Below, one piece after another: positions 52,841-63,989 of a stretch of DNA of 64,000 bases. Source of the DNA: an uncultured Planctomycetota bacterium (GTDB lineage Bacteria > Planctomycetota > Planctomycetia > Gemmatales > Gemmataceae); the NCBI GenBank assembly GCA_963849325.1, contig CAWKHF010000002.1:909026-973025 (forward strand), in the 5' to 3' direction. The stretch's first letter is position 1; each line of letters opens with the position of its first letter. A model generated the notes under the pieces. That model searched no databases and was not told the origin of the DNA. It was given only the letters and a program-made list of their open reading frames with translations. Position numbers and translations under genes: made by a program.

Positions 52841-55426
52841 ATGAAGTTCGCTTTTCTGATTCATCCTCTTACCGGCGAAACCGAGGCGTTAATGCGGCTG
52901 GACGCCGGAGGCGTGCTGCGGGACAACTGGGGGAGCAACATCCTTCAATTCTGTCTCGACCTTCACGCCGCCACCGCCAACGTACAATCCGGCTGCGGAA
53001 ACGGAGTCGTCGCCGAGGCGCGGATGGCCGATGAATTAGCTGGCCTGGTGTCCGCCGTCGGCGCGCGAGCGGAAGGACGCCTGTACGAGATCCCCCTGGA
53101 TGCGCGGCATCCTCGAAGATCCCGGACAGGCGATCGTCTACATGGAACAGGCCGTCGATCGCGCCGCCGCCTGGGGCGCTCGGCTCGTCGGTCTCGGCTC
53201 GATGACCGGCATCGTGGGAGGGCAAGGCGAACACCTGGCCCGGCGCGGGCCGCTGAGCGTCACGACCGGCAACAGCCTGACCGTGTACGCGGCCATGAGG
53301 AGTTTGCGGATCGCCTGCGTGGAAGCCGACCTCGATCTGTCTCGACAGACGGTCGCGGTGATCGGCATCCCCGGCAGCATCGCCTCCGCGGCGGCTCACT
53401 GGCTCGCCCCGCGCTGTCGTCGCCTGGTACTGGTCGGTCGCCGGCCCTCGCCGCGGGCGTCGCGGCTGGCCGCGGAGTTGGACGCCGAATTCCTGGTGGA
53501 CATCCCCGCGGCGCTGGCCCAGGCGCGCTGGTGGTGTCGGCCACCTCGACGGGCAACTGCATCGATCCCGCTCTACTTCTGCCCGGCGCCGTCGTGATCG
53601 ACGTGGCCGTGCCCACCGACGTGAAGAGTCCGAAAGTTCCCCGCGCGGACGTGCTGCTGCTCTCGGGCGGCCTGGCTCGCGTGCCGGATACGATGCCGCG
53701 CGACTCGATGTTCCTCGGCTTTTACCAGGGGATTGTCCCGTGCTGCCTGGGTGAGACGATGGTGCTGGCCCTGGAAGAGCGTGCCGAGTGCTTCTCGCTG
53801 GGGCGCGATCTCGACCTCGATCGGATTGAGGAGATCGGCGGCCTGGCCGATAAACACGGTTTTGATTTTTCGCAGCTGTTCTCGTTCGGACAGAAGCTGG
53901 AAGCCTCGGCCCTGGCGCAATATCGCAAGGCGGCGGCTCGACGGCGCGGCGCGGGTCGCTCCGACGTACCGGCCGTCAACGGCTGCGCTCGGCCGGAGTC
54001 GCCGCCGGCGCCGGCGATTCGTGAACTCGCCGGCCGGGCCGCGGAGCTGCACGAGCGTTACATCAACCCGGTCTTCGTGGGGCTGGGGTGCCCAAGCGGC
54101 TTCGTCAAAACGTTCGTGCGCGGTGTCGGCAACGAGCTGTGGGACGCCGAGGGCAGGGCGTACCTCGATTTCGTGGCCGGCTTCGGCGCCCTCAACCTGG
54201 GACACAACCATCCGGCGGTGGTCGCCGCCGTCGCCGCCGCCTTGCACGAACAGGCACCCGGCTTCGGGCCGTCAGCGATCAATCCGCTGGCCGCGACGTT
54301 GGCCGAGCAACTCGTCGCGCTGGCGCCGCCGGGGCTGGAGATGGTGTTCTTCGCCAACAGCGGCACCGAGGCGGTCGAGGCCGGTCTGAAGCTGGCGCGG
54401 GCCGCGACCCACCGTCCGGGTCTGCTCTACTGCGAGGGTTCCTTTCACGGCAAATCGCTGGGCGCGCTTGTCCGTCACGGGGAACGGAGCCTATCAGCGA
54501 CCCTTCGCCCCGCTCTTGCCCGACTGCCGGGCGGTCCCCTTCGGAGACCTGGACGCCCTCGAAGACGCCCTGCGCGAGCGGCGTTTCGCGGCCTTCATCG
54601 TCGAGCCGATCCAGGGCGAAGGCGGGATGATCGTACCCCCGGCCGGCTACCTGCGCGCCGCCCGGGACCTGTGTCGCGCCGCCGGGACGCTGCTGATCGT
54701 GGACGAGGTGCAGACCGGGTTGGGACGGACGGGCGCCCTGTTCGCCGTGGACGAGGAAGGGGTCGAGCCGGACGTATTGACCCTGGCCAAGTCGCTGGGC
54801 GGCGGACTCGTCCCGTTGGGAGCCATGCTCACCCGCCGCGAACTGTGGCGGAAAGCGTATGGCTCGGCGCGAACGTTCGCGCTGCACAGCAGCACGTTCG
54901 GCGGGGGCAGCCTGGCGTGCGCCGCCGGCCTGGCGACCTTGCGCGTCTTGCGCGACGAGGATCTGTGCGTCCGAGCGCGGTCCGTGGCCGGCAGTTGTAC
55001 CAGGGGCTTTCCGAGCTGTGCGGACGGGGACGGCTGGTCCGCGAAGTACGGGGACGCGGTTTGATGCTCGGCCTGGAGTTCCGTCCGATGCCGGACACCA
55101 TGGTCGCCCACTTCAAGGGCATGGACCCCTCCGGCGCCACCCCGTTTCTGGTGGCGGACATGGACGACTTGATCCATTCCATCCCCGGCCTGTACGCCAT
55201 GCAGATCCTCTTGCAGGCGCACGGCATCTACACCCAGGTAGCGCGATCCAACCCGCGCGTCCTGCGCATCCAGCCGCCGTTGACGATCACCGAGGAGCAA
55301 GTCCGGCGCTTCCTGGCCGCGCTGGAGAGCACCTGCGGCGAGCTGGAATTCCTCAACCACACGGTAGACAGCATCATCCGCAAGTCGGTCGGCAGCATCC
55401 AGGCCGCCCTGCACTCGGTCGGCTAA
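52841..55426 (+). CDS. PigE-like fusion: acyl-thioester reductase-like N-domain plus class III aminotransferase (several frameshifts)
   Basis: MKFAFLIHP, LVGLGSMTGIVG, VTTGNSLT, GIPGSI, IDVAVP, ETMVLALE..FSLGR; LDFVAGFG, NSGTEAVE, SFHGK, EPIQGEGG, DEVQTG, LAKSLGGG. Confidence 0.85.
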   Translation: MKFAFLIHPLTGETEALMRLDAGGVLRDNWGSNILQFCLDLHAATANVQSGCGNGVVAEARMADELAGLVSAVGARAEGRLYEIPLDARHPRRSRTGDRLHGTGRRSRRRLGRSARRSRLDDRHRGRARRTPGPARAAERHDRQQPDRVRGHEEFADRLRGSRPRSVSTDGRGDRHPRQHRLRGGSLARPALSSPGTGRSPALAAGVAAGRGVGRRIPGGHPRGAGPGALVVSATSTGNCIDPALLLPGAVVIDVAVPTDVKSPKVPRADVLLLSGGLARVPDTMPRDSMFLGFYQGIVPCCLGETMVLALEERAECFSLGRDLDLDRIEEIGGLADKHGFDFSQLFSFGQKLEASALAQYRKAAARRRGAGRSDVPAVNGCARPESPPAPAIRELAGRAAELHERYINPVFVGLGCPSGFVKTFVRGVGNELWDAEGRAYLDFVAGFGALNLGHNHPAVVAAVAAALHEQAPGFGPSAINPLAATLAEQLVALAPPGLEMVFFANSGTEAVEAGLKLARAATHRPGLLYCEGSFHGKSLGALVRHGERSLSATLRPALARLPGGPLRRPGRPRRRPARAAFRGLHRRADPGRRRDDRTPGRLPARRPGPVSRRRDAADRGRGADRVGTDGRPVRRGRGRGRAGRIDPGQVAGRRTRPVGSHAHPPRTVAESVWLGANVRAAQQHVRRGQPGVRRRPGDLARLARRGSVRPSAVRGRQLYQGLSELCGRGRLVREVRGRGLMLGLEFRPMPDTMVAHFKGMDPSGATPFLVADMDDLIHSIPGLYAMQILLQAHGIYTQVARSNPRVLRIQPPLTITEEQVRRFLAALESTCGELEFLNHTVDSIIRKSVGSIQAALHSVG

Positions 55427-55437
55427 CCGATTCGTTT

Positions 55438-55492
55438 CGTTTAGCCGCGACGCGCAGCGAGCGCGCGCTCTGCTGCGCGTCGCGGCTAAACG
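55438..55492. repeat. REP-like palindrome (same family as 49169)
   Basis: CGTTTAGCCGCGACGCGCAGC...GCTGCGCGTCGCGGCTAAACG. Confidence 0.88.
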
Positions 55493-56730
55493 TGGACACC
55501 TCCTTGAGGTGGTGCGTCGGGCGTTTCGCGGAAGAGGTTGCGCACGCTGATGGCAGGCGCGGGCGGGAACAGGTAAGGACAGCCGGCCCGCAGCAGCGCT
55601 TGCAATCCAGGGTCGCGCGCCTTGACGTAAAAGCAGCGCGGTTCGAGGTGGCAACCCACGCGCGACTTGAACTCGTCGGCGGTTTGCCCGACGTGGAGCG
55701 TATGCACCTTCTGCCGCAGGGCGTAGTCGAGATCTTCATACAGAAGGTTGAAGTACAGGTCCGCCTCCTCGTTGAGTGCGTAATCGAAACCACAGAAGAG
55801 GTTGTGGTAGTCTCCCTGCTGGAAGACGCCACAGACGAACGCCACCACCTGTTCGCCACGGCAAATCAAGGTGAAGGCGGCGTCCTCGGGAAGTTGCCGC
55901 GCCAGCTCGCGGAAGAACTGCGCGGGCAGGCACTCGAATCGGATCGCGGCGCGGTCCAGGACGGCCAGGTACAGACGGTGGACGTCCTCGGTGTACAACT
56001 GGTCGATGCCCATGCCTCCCCGGAGGTGGGAGACCCGCAACCCCGCGCGCTGGATTTTTTTCCGCGATCGGAGGATCTTGGCTCGGTAGCTGGAGCGGAT
56101 CGACGCGCAAAAGTGATCGAAGTCCCGGAAACGGGCGGGGAAATAGTTCATGGGCAGGCTGTCGGCGCGCTGATAGCCCAGCCCCAGCAGGGCGTCCGTT
56201 CGGACGGCCTCTCCGGGTCCGAACTCCTTGACGACAACGAACGACACGTGCTCCGTCCGAGCCAGCCGCACCAGCAGCCGGTCCAACTGGCGTAACAGAG
56301 CGTGGTGATCGGCGGCAGGCACGATGCGGAGATGACTCTCGCCGGTGGAGACGGGGCAGCCGCAAAAGAGCACCTTGACCTTGAGAAAGTTCGGCCACAG
56401 CCGGCGGAGCCGCTCTCCCAGCTTCTTCCAGCGCGGCGGGGCCAGAAGAAGGCCGTCGATCATTTGCAGGGAGAGGAAGGCGGCGCCAGCGGGCGTACCG
56501 GCGCCATCGCGGAAGATCACGTTGCAGAAGCGCGCCTCGGAGGCCATCGAGTTCTCCACGGCCCTCAGGAAGCGCGGGTCCATGAGCACATCCGCGCGAC
56601 CGCCACAAGCGGCGTGCCATTCGCCGGCGTCGCGCTGCTCGATGGAACGGAGCAGGGAGATGGAATACACCTCCGCGGCGCCGTTCGCATGGAGCGCCGG
56701 CCGCCAAGGGGGAGGGGAGGGAGGATTCAT
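55486..56730 (-). CDS. GNAT/FemAB-like acyltransferase
   Basis: FLRAVE, CGCPVSTG, VVKEF, GFDY..N...LYFNL, GQTADEFKSRVG. Confidence 0.78.
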   Translation of the reverse strand: MNPPSPPPWRPALHANGAAEVYSISLLRSIEQRDAGEWHAACGGRADVLMDPRFLRAVENSMASEARFCNVIFRDGAGTPAGAAFLSLQMIDGLLLAPPRWKKLGERLRRLWPNFLKVKVLFCGCPVSTGESHLRIVPAADHHALLRQLDRLLVRLARTEHVSFVVVKEFGPGEAVRTDALLGLGYQRADSLPMNYFPARFRDFDHFCASIRSSYRAKILRSRKKIQRAGLRVSHLRGGMGIDQLYTEDVHRLYLAVLDRAAIRFECLPAQFFRELARQLPEDAAFTLICRGEQVVAFVCGVFQQGDYHNLFCGFDYALNEEADLYFNLLYEDLDYALRQKVHTLHVGQTADEFKSRVGCHLEPRCFYVKARDPGLQALLRAGCPYLFPPAPAISVRNLFRETPDAPPQGGVHV

Positions 56731-56895
56731 CAAAGGTTTGTTCCTTCGAGGGAGAGAACGCGCTTCGGTTGGCAAACGCCTATTCTACGATGGCGCACCC
56801 AAGTTGTATGCGCCAGCCCTGGCCGATGTCGTTGGCGACGGGTAGACTCCGCCTGTCGCCCGCGCACGGACACCCTCCCACCCCGGATCGACGCG

Positions 56896-58606
56896 ATGGC
56901 CTGGACGCAGAACTACGACCCCTACGGCAACGCCCTCTATTCCACCCTCGTGGCCGCTCTGCCCATTGTGCTGCTTCTGGGTTTACTGGCGACGGGTCGC
57001 GTCCCGGCGGCCCTGGCGGCGCTGGCGGGCCTGCTGGCCGCCCTGGCCGCGGCGGTCTTCGCCTTCCGGCCGGAACAGACGCTGTCGCCCGATGGACCCG
57101 GCGTGACGGGTTGGGGCCAGACCATGCTGGCGGCGGCGGGGTATGGGGCGGCCTTCGGCCTTTTCCCCATCGGCTGGATCGTGCTGTCCGCCATCTTCCT
57201 GTACACGCTGACCGTCGAAACCGGACAGTTCGAGATCGTCAAGCATTCGGTGCTGTCGCTGTCGGCGGATCGGCGCATCCAGGCGCTGTTGATCGCCTTC
57301 TGCTTCGGCGCCTTCGTGGAGGGGGCGGCCGGATTTGGCACGCCGGTGGCCATCTCGGCGGCGCTGCTGTTGGGCGCGGGCTTTCGACCGCTGCACGCGG
57401 CCGGCCTGTCGCTGCTGGCGAACACCTCGCCGGTGGCCTTCGGCGCGCTGGGCACGCCCATCCTCACCTTGGGCCAGGTCACGGGGCTGGACGCGGTTCG
57501 CCTCAGCGCCATGGCGGGTCGGCAGCTGCCGTTCTTCTCGCTGCTGGTGCCGGCCTGGCTGGTGTGGGTGATGGCCGGCTGGCGCGGCGTGCGCGGCGTT
57601 TGGCCGGCCCTGATCGTCTGCGGCGGCAGCTTCGCCCTGGTGCAGTTCCTCGTGGCCAACTACCACGGACCCTGGCTGGTGGACGTCGCCGGCGGTGTCG
57701 TGTCGCTGGTCTGCCTGGCCGTCTTCCTGCGCTTCTGGCAGCCGCGCGAGATCTGGCTGTTTCCCGACGAAACGCCTTCCGCCGGCAAGAACGCGGCCGC
57801 GCCGGCGCCGCACTCCTACAGCCGGCGCGAGGTCGTCTCCGCCTGGGTGCCGTGGCTGCTGCTGACCGTATTCGTCTTCGCCTGGGGCCTGCCGCCGGTC
57901 AAGGCGTGGCTCGAACCCGTCGGCTGGCAGGTGCTCGTGCCGGGCCTGCACGAGACCGTCGAGCGCACGTCTCCGGTCGTCGCTCGGCCGCACCGGGAAA
58001 AAGCGGTCTTCGCGTTTAACGCCCTGTCGGCGACAGGCACGGGCATCTTCCTGGCGGCGATCGTGTCGGCGTGCTGGCTGGGCGTAAGTCCGTCGCGTTT
58101 CGTGCGGCTGTGGCTCTGGACGTGCTACCGTTTGCGCTGGCCGCTGTGTACCATCGCCTGCATGTTGGCCATCGCCTTCACGACGCGCTTCAGCGGCATG
58201 GACGCGACGCTGGGCCTGGCCTTCACGCGCACCGGCTGGCTGTATCCACTGTTCGCCGCCCTGCTCGGCTGGCTGGGCGTGGCCCTGACCGGCTCGGACA
58301 CGTCGTCCAACGCCCTGTTCGGCAGCCTGCAAACGATCACGGCCCGCCGCCTGGCCGACGCCGGCATACTGCCGTTGGCCGCTCCGCAGGCGATGCTGCT
58401 CCTGGCCGCCGCCAACAGCAGCGGCGGCGTCATGGGCAAGATGATCGACGCCCAGAGCATCGTCGTCTCCGCCGCCGCCACCGGACAGGCCGGCCAGGAA
58501 GGCGCCATCCTCCGTTTCGTCTTCTGCGCACAGCCTGCTGCTGGCGCTGCTCATGGGCCTGCTCGTCATGGCCCAGGCGTACTGGTGGACGGGGATGGTC
58601 CCCTAG
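56896..58606 (+). CDS. lctP: L-lactate permease (frameshift near 58525)
   Basis: WTQNYDP, DRRIQALLI, EGAAGFGTPVAI, ANTSPVAFG, TGSDTSSNALFG, GKMI..QSI. Confidence 0.92.
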
Positions 58607-58659
58607 CCCGTGTCCGGGTGTCTGGGCGTGTTCGGGGTGAAGACGCGGCGAGAAGGGCA

Positions 58660-58698
58660 CTTGTTTCGCCGCTCCGCTGCGCGGAGCGGCGAAACAAG
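58660..58698. repeat. Palindrome between convergent genes
   Basis: CTTGTTTCGCCGCTCCGC-TGC-GCGGAGCGGCGAAACAAG. Confidence 0.8.
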
Positions 58699-58724
58699 CC
58701 TATTCGAGGAAGCTAACCCGGCCC

Positions 58725-58946
58725 TCAGTTCCACACGGCCAGCAGGTCGCGCTCCAGTAGCGAGGGACGAACGACGGCCTTGGCCTGGGCCAAGGCCCAC
58801 TCGTACAAGCCCTGCTGCCACTGGCCCTGCGCCGGCGTGCCGGCCGGCAGACAAACCAGGGGACAAAACAGGAACGCCGCGGGAGAGGGAGACGGGTCGG
58901 CCACGGGACGGGCCGGAACGGCGGAGCGGAAGCGGTTGTCGAACAT
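58725..58946 (-). CDS. Small hypothetical protein
   Basis: GAGG RBS; MFDNRF...LYEWALAQAKAVVRPSLLERDLLAVWN. Confidence 0.6.
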   Translation of the reverse strand: MFDNRFRSAVPARPVADPSPSPAAFLFCPLVCLPAGTPAQGQWQQGLYEWALAQAKAVVRPSLLERDLLAVWN

Positions 58947-59253
58947 GGCGCAGTCACCTCTATTGGTGCCGAGTACGTCGCGGCTGGGGCGGCGCTGGCC
59001 GAAATTCCGCCCAGGGGCGGCGCGCTCGGGACGTGCAATCGCGGACTTCTTGGCTGAAATATCGACGCTGGACGGCTTCGACGCGACGACGAAAGGCGCC
59101 CTCACGAGGAATTTTCTCGACCGGAAGGCGGTAAAATCGTTGCAATCCGTGCGTCCGGCTGTCTATAATCTGCCATCCCTGAAGACCCGATGGACGGGCC
59201 TTCCGTTCTTCCGCCGCGGCGGGAGGGGAATGTTGCAAAAAAGGAGCTATGGA

Positions 59254-59769
59254 ATGACCAGCACGATGATGATGGAACGCACGAGCATGGGGATGCCGGG
59301 CATGGGCATGCCGGGCATGGGCACCCCGACCATGGGGACGCCCACGGGCGTGGCGCCCGGCAGCGGTTATCTGATGGTGCCGCGCTGCACGATGAAGTTC
59401 GAGAAGTGCCAGGGCGGCATGAAGATCGTCTGCATCTGCGACGACCAGATGGCCGGCAGCATGATGCAGAACCTGTGTACCATGATGCAGGGCGGCATGT
59501 GTAGCTGCTGCATGATGATGAACGGCATGACCGTCTGCTACTGCAACCTGACCATGGGCATGTGCAAGTGCGAGATGACCGACAAGGGCATCACCATCAC
59601 CTGCACGTCCGGCGACGCCAAGTGCGGCGAGATGATTCAGGCTTGCTGCGACTGCCTCAGCTGCATGATGAACGCCGGCTGCACCTGCTGCCTGATGATG
59701 AACAACACTCCCATCGCCTGCGGTTGCGAAACCTCCTCGATGAGCGGCAAGGCCTCGGCCAAGCGCTAA
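59254..59769 (+). CDS. Cys/Met-rich two-repeat protein
   Basis: AAGGAG RBS; 171 aa with 23 Cys and about 32 Met; GC-biased third positions. Confidence 0.85.
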   Translation: MTSTMMMERTSMGMPGMGMPGMGTPTMGTPTGVAPGSGYLMVPRCTMKFEKCQGGMKIVCICDDQMAGSMMQNLCTMMQGGMCSCCMMMNGMTVCYCNLTMGMCKCEMTDKGITITCTSGDAKCGEMIQACCDCLSCMMNAGCTCCLMMNNTPIACGCETSSMSGKASAKR

Positions 59770-59979
59770 TCCTCGTCCTCTCCGCTTGCGGCCGGTGCTC
59801 TCTCCGCCGGCCGCAAGTGGGGAGGTATTCCTCTCCATGCCGTTTGTGCCGTCCGCCGCGCACTCCTCCTCCGCGGTCCTCCTCGTCTGCCATTGACGAC
59901 GCCGCGCGGCGCGTTCATGCTGAAAGAGTTGTGGACGAACCTGAATTCCTCTTCCGGCCTGTTGCGGGAGATTGCCGCG

Positions 59980-60612
59980 ATGCGCACGCTCTTTTCGTTG
60001 CTGGCGCTGCTTACCTTGATGGTCTTCGGCGTAGTCGCCGATCCGCCCGCCGACAAGGAGAAGGATGCCCGTGACGAGTCGCCCCTGCAGATCGGCAAAG
60101 ACCTGCCCGGTACCTTTCATCCCTATAACGTCACCGGGACGCACGCGAAGCACTTTCATTGCCTGATCTCGGAGCACGGACTCGATCCGATGGTGATGAT
60201 CTTCCACAAGGGCATGGATTTCGGCGATCCGCTGCGGGCCTTGGTGGAAAAGCTGGATGCGGCCATCGAGAAAAACCCGGACGTGCGCCTGGCGTCGTTC
60301 GTCGTCTTTCTGCCCGACGAGTTGGCCGAGGTCGCCGGCCGCGACGACAAAAGCGATGACGCCCGCCTCAAGCTGGCCGAGTCGGTGGCGGCCTGGGGCG
60401 AGAAGATCAAGCTCAAACACGTGGTCCTGTGCCTGGACAGCAAGGCGGACGTGGAGAAGTACAAGCTCAACGACGCCAACCTCGTTACCGTGGTGCTGTA
60501 CCAGAAGTTCGAGGTCGCCGCCGTCTTCGCGCTGCCGGGGAGCGAGCTGGAGACATCCGTTGACAAGATCCTGACCGCCGTGGCCGACAAGCTGGGCGCG
60601 AAGCGGAAGTGA
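59980..60612 (+). CDS. Secreted hypothetical protein (possible thioredoxin-like fold)
   Basis: Signal peptide; FHPYNVTG...HCL, VTVVLY. Confidence 0.7.
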   Translation: MRTLFSLLALLTLMVFGVVADPPADKEKDARDESPLQIGKDLPGTFHPYNVTGTHAKHFHCLISEHGLDPMVMIFHKGMDFGDPLRALVEKLDAAIEKNPDVRLASFVVFLPDELAEVAGRDDKSDDARLKLAESVAAWGEKIKLKHVVLCLDSKADVEKYKLNDANLVTVVLYQKFEVAAVFALPGSELETSVDKILTAVADKLGAKRK

Positions 60613-60615
60613 GCA

Positions 60616-60673
60616 GAGCCTGAAGCGTAAGCGAAGCGCACGACCAACTTCTCTTCGCTTACGCTTCAGGCTC
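60616..60673. repeat. REP-like palindrome (same family as 48071)
   Basis: GAGCCTGAAGCGTAAGCGAAG...CTTCGCTTACGCTTCAGGCTC. Confidence 0.9.
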
Positions 60674-60822
60674 GGAACTTGGCCGCCGAGCAGCGGCCTT
60701 GACCCTCCCTGCCACCCTATTACAATGGAGTCCGTTACAGCCCGCGTGAGTTGGCCGCGCCCGGCCTCGCGGGACGGCTCCCCTTTCTTCTTCGTATTAC
60801 TCTCCTCGTCTGGGAAGCTGCC

Positions 60823-62193
60823 ATGAAATCGGCACAGTGGTTGGCCGTCCTGCTGTTGGCGGCCCTGGTGGCGGCGTCACCTTCGTCATGGTGTACCTCG
60901 GCGGCAGCCGGGACAACACTCCCGAGAAGCAAGCCCTGACGCTGGCCAGCTTGACATTCTCGGCCAAGAAGTATCCGCCAGACGGCGGACAGGTGCCGAC
61001 CATCGAGGTCAAACAAGTTGGCCATCACGATTTTTGGTTCAGCAACGACAGTGGCCGCGACGTGACCGTCGGCCTAACAGCAAGAGCTGCAAGTGTACCG
61101 AGGTGGAAGTCTCGATTGCCTCGGCGCGATAGAAGGCCGTACTTGCTGGCCGAGCTCGGCTGCCGCTGACGTTCAGGCGCGCACCGCGGGATTGGCAGAC
61201 CTGCCGGCGGCGGTGGCGGCCGACGAACGCGGTCGAGAGACCCCCGAGGTACACGACACGGACGTGACGACGACGGCGATGAACGGAGAATCGACGGTGG
61301 TGCCGGCCGGCGCGCTCGGTTGGGTGCGCCTAACTGGCGCGGCGAAGCAGTCGGAGACGCGCTTCCTCAACGCCGACCTGTGGATGAACCTTCGCGGCGG
61401 CAGCCTCAACGCCCTGCTTGAGGTGGGGGCCCTCATCGTCGATCCGATCGAGGTGGACAGTGACGTATCGGCCGGCAACCTCCACGTCCGCGACCTGGAG
61501 GCGGGCAAGAAGCTGTGGATTGTGTGCTGGTCGGCTACCCGGCCGTCGTTCCACCTCAAGGCCGAGCGCGTCCAGGAGCGCGGTATGGCCGATCGGACCC
61601 CATCGAGGTGGGTGAGCCGATGACGCTGACGCAACCAGGAACTCGCCGGGTCGAGCAATCGCCGCGGAAAAAGAGGATGCCCGCACTTTCGGGCTATCGC
61701 ATTCCGGTGACACTCAGGCCAGGGCCAAGGACGGCACGCCGTTCGAGCTGGGCCACTTCCGCCGCTACGTCCAGTTGAGCAGCGCGGACGAGGGCATCGA
61801 GCCGGTGCAGGTCGGTGACCGGCGATGGTGCAGGGTGACGTGACGGTGGGCGACGCCAAGGAGGGCGGCGGGTCATCAGCCTGGGGCCGTTTCCCGCAGC
61901 CGCGGATACGCGGCTCATCGCCGTGCAAACCGATGTACGGACTTCGACTCGAGTTGGACCGTTGCGCATCCCGGCGTACCTGAAGGTGCGTTTCCCGGAG
62001 AAGCCGGAGACGACGCCGAACGGACACCGCGTCTGGGTGCTGTCGGTGGAGGTGCCGCCCAACGCGGCCCAGCGGCGAATTCCCGCGTTCGGACGATCCG
62101 GTCTATCACGATAGCGCGATTTATGTCAAAACTAACGGAAGCCGCCGCGCCGATCCGCATCCCGGTGAGGGGCACGGCGAACGAATGGTCTGA
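60823..62193 (+). CDS. Membrane-anchored hypothetical protein, heavily frameshifted (possibly DUF1573-like)
   Basis: N-terminal hydrophobic segment, HDFWFSN, KSCKC, C-terminal IRIPVRG; end approximate. Confidence 0.45.
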
Positions 62194-62300
62194 ATTGCTG
62201 ACCGGAACGAGACCCTCACGGTCGAGGGTGCCTTCGCGTTTCAGACGCGTCCCGAAGGTCTGACCCGCGCCTCATCAATCCCAAAGGAGGAAGGCCGCTC

Positions 62301-63989
62301 ATGAACAGGCCGAACGACGAGCCGAAGAAGCAACCCGGCCCGCCAACCTCAACCTCGCCCCTTGCTGCCGCCCTGAGCCGGGGACTGAAGTTCAAGCTGG
62401 CGGCCCTGGGCCTGACGCTGGTCAGCGCCCTGGCCGGCACCGGGCTGGCTTACTGGCTCAAGACCCCGCCCCGGCGGAGAAGCCGGCCGAGGGACCGGCG
62501 CCGCATCCCGGCCCGTCTGTTCCCGGACTGGGGCAAGCCCGACCTCGTCGTTCTGCTGTCCGCCCAGCAGCACGGCTACATGCTGCCGTGCGGCTGCTCC
62601 AAGCCGCAGGTCGGCGGCCTGGAACGCGTTATAACTTCCTGCAGCTGCTCAAGCGCGCGGCTGGCCGGTCGTCGCCGTCGACCTGGGCGACGTGCCGCAG
62701 AAGCCCGGGCCGGCCAACCTGCCCAACGTGCAGGGACTCATCAAGTACCGCTACTCGATGACGGCCCTCAAGGAGATGGGCTATCCGCCGTCGGCGTCGG
62801 CGAGTACGAGGCCGCCCTGTCGCTGGTCAAAATCGAGGGCGAATGGGCGCTGAACAAACCGGAGCCGGCCGTCCTCGGCGGCAACCTGGAGAAGGCGGCA
62901 ATTTCCCGGTCTTCAAGTCCGTGGGAAGTCGTCGCGCCGGGCACCACGACATCAAGGTCGGCGTGACGAGCATCGTCGGGCCGACGGTCGCCGAGAGCAT
63001 CAAGGATCCGGCCGTGAAGTTCAAGAGCCGGCCGGCGCCCTGCGCGAGCTGCTGCAGCACATGCGCAGAGAAGGTGGATCTTCCCATTCTGCTCTATCAC
63101 GGCCTGGCGACCAGCGAAGGATGGCGTGGTGGAGTCCGTCGCCTGCGCCAAGTCGTTTCCGCAGTTCCCGGTGGTCCTGTGCCTGAGCGAAGAGGACGAG
63201 CCGCCCGCCCAACCGATAGCCGTGGACCATCCGCCGAGCAACCCCAATTACGTCTTCCGTCTGGGCCACAAGGGCAAGTACGTCGGCGTTCTCGGCGTCT
63301 TCCGGACCGGCAAGGCCGACCACCCCTTCGCGTACAAATATCAGCTCGTCGAGATGGGGAGGAGTACATGACGCCGCAGGCGAGCCAAGAGGCCGGCCAG
63401 CCCATCCTCAAGACTTATGGAGGAATACAGCGGAGCTGAAAAAGGACAATTACCTGGGCCGTTATGGCCAGAGCACTCATCTGGTTCAGGCGATGAATCC
63501 GGACGCGGGCATGCGAGCCCGGCAATGGGCGCCCGCCTACGTCGGCACGGAGGCTGCACGGAGTGCCATAAGCAGGCCGGCGAAGTGTGGAAGAAGAGCA
63601 TCACACCACAGCCTATCAGACTCTGGTGGACGCCCGCAACCGTCCCACCGGCAATACGACCGCGAGTGCATCGTCTGTCACACGGTCGGCTTCGGCTACA
63701 AGACCGGCTTCACCGACGGAGAAAACGCCGAAGTTGAAAAACGTCGGCTGCGAGAGCTGTCACGGCCCCGGCAGCCTGCACGCCAAGAACCCCGACAACG
63801 AAGAATTACGTCAGCGCATGAACCAACCGTGGGTGCGGAGCGAAGAACGCCAACGTGACGGGAGCTGGCCATCGAAAAGTTCTGCGCTAAACTGTCACGA
63901 CATCGACAACGACGTGACCTGGTATCCACAACAACAAGAAGAACCCCTTCAAGGACAAGTGGTCGAAGATCGTCCACACCACGCCATGA
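62301..63989 (+). CDS. Metallophosphoesterase-like N-domain fused to multiheme cytochrome c (c554-like), heavily frameshifted
   Basis: HGYMLPCGCS..QVGGLER, VDLGD, GHKGKYVG; YVG..CTECH, CIVCHTVG, VGCESCHGPG, fourth CxxCH broken by frameshift. Confidence 0.75.
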
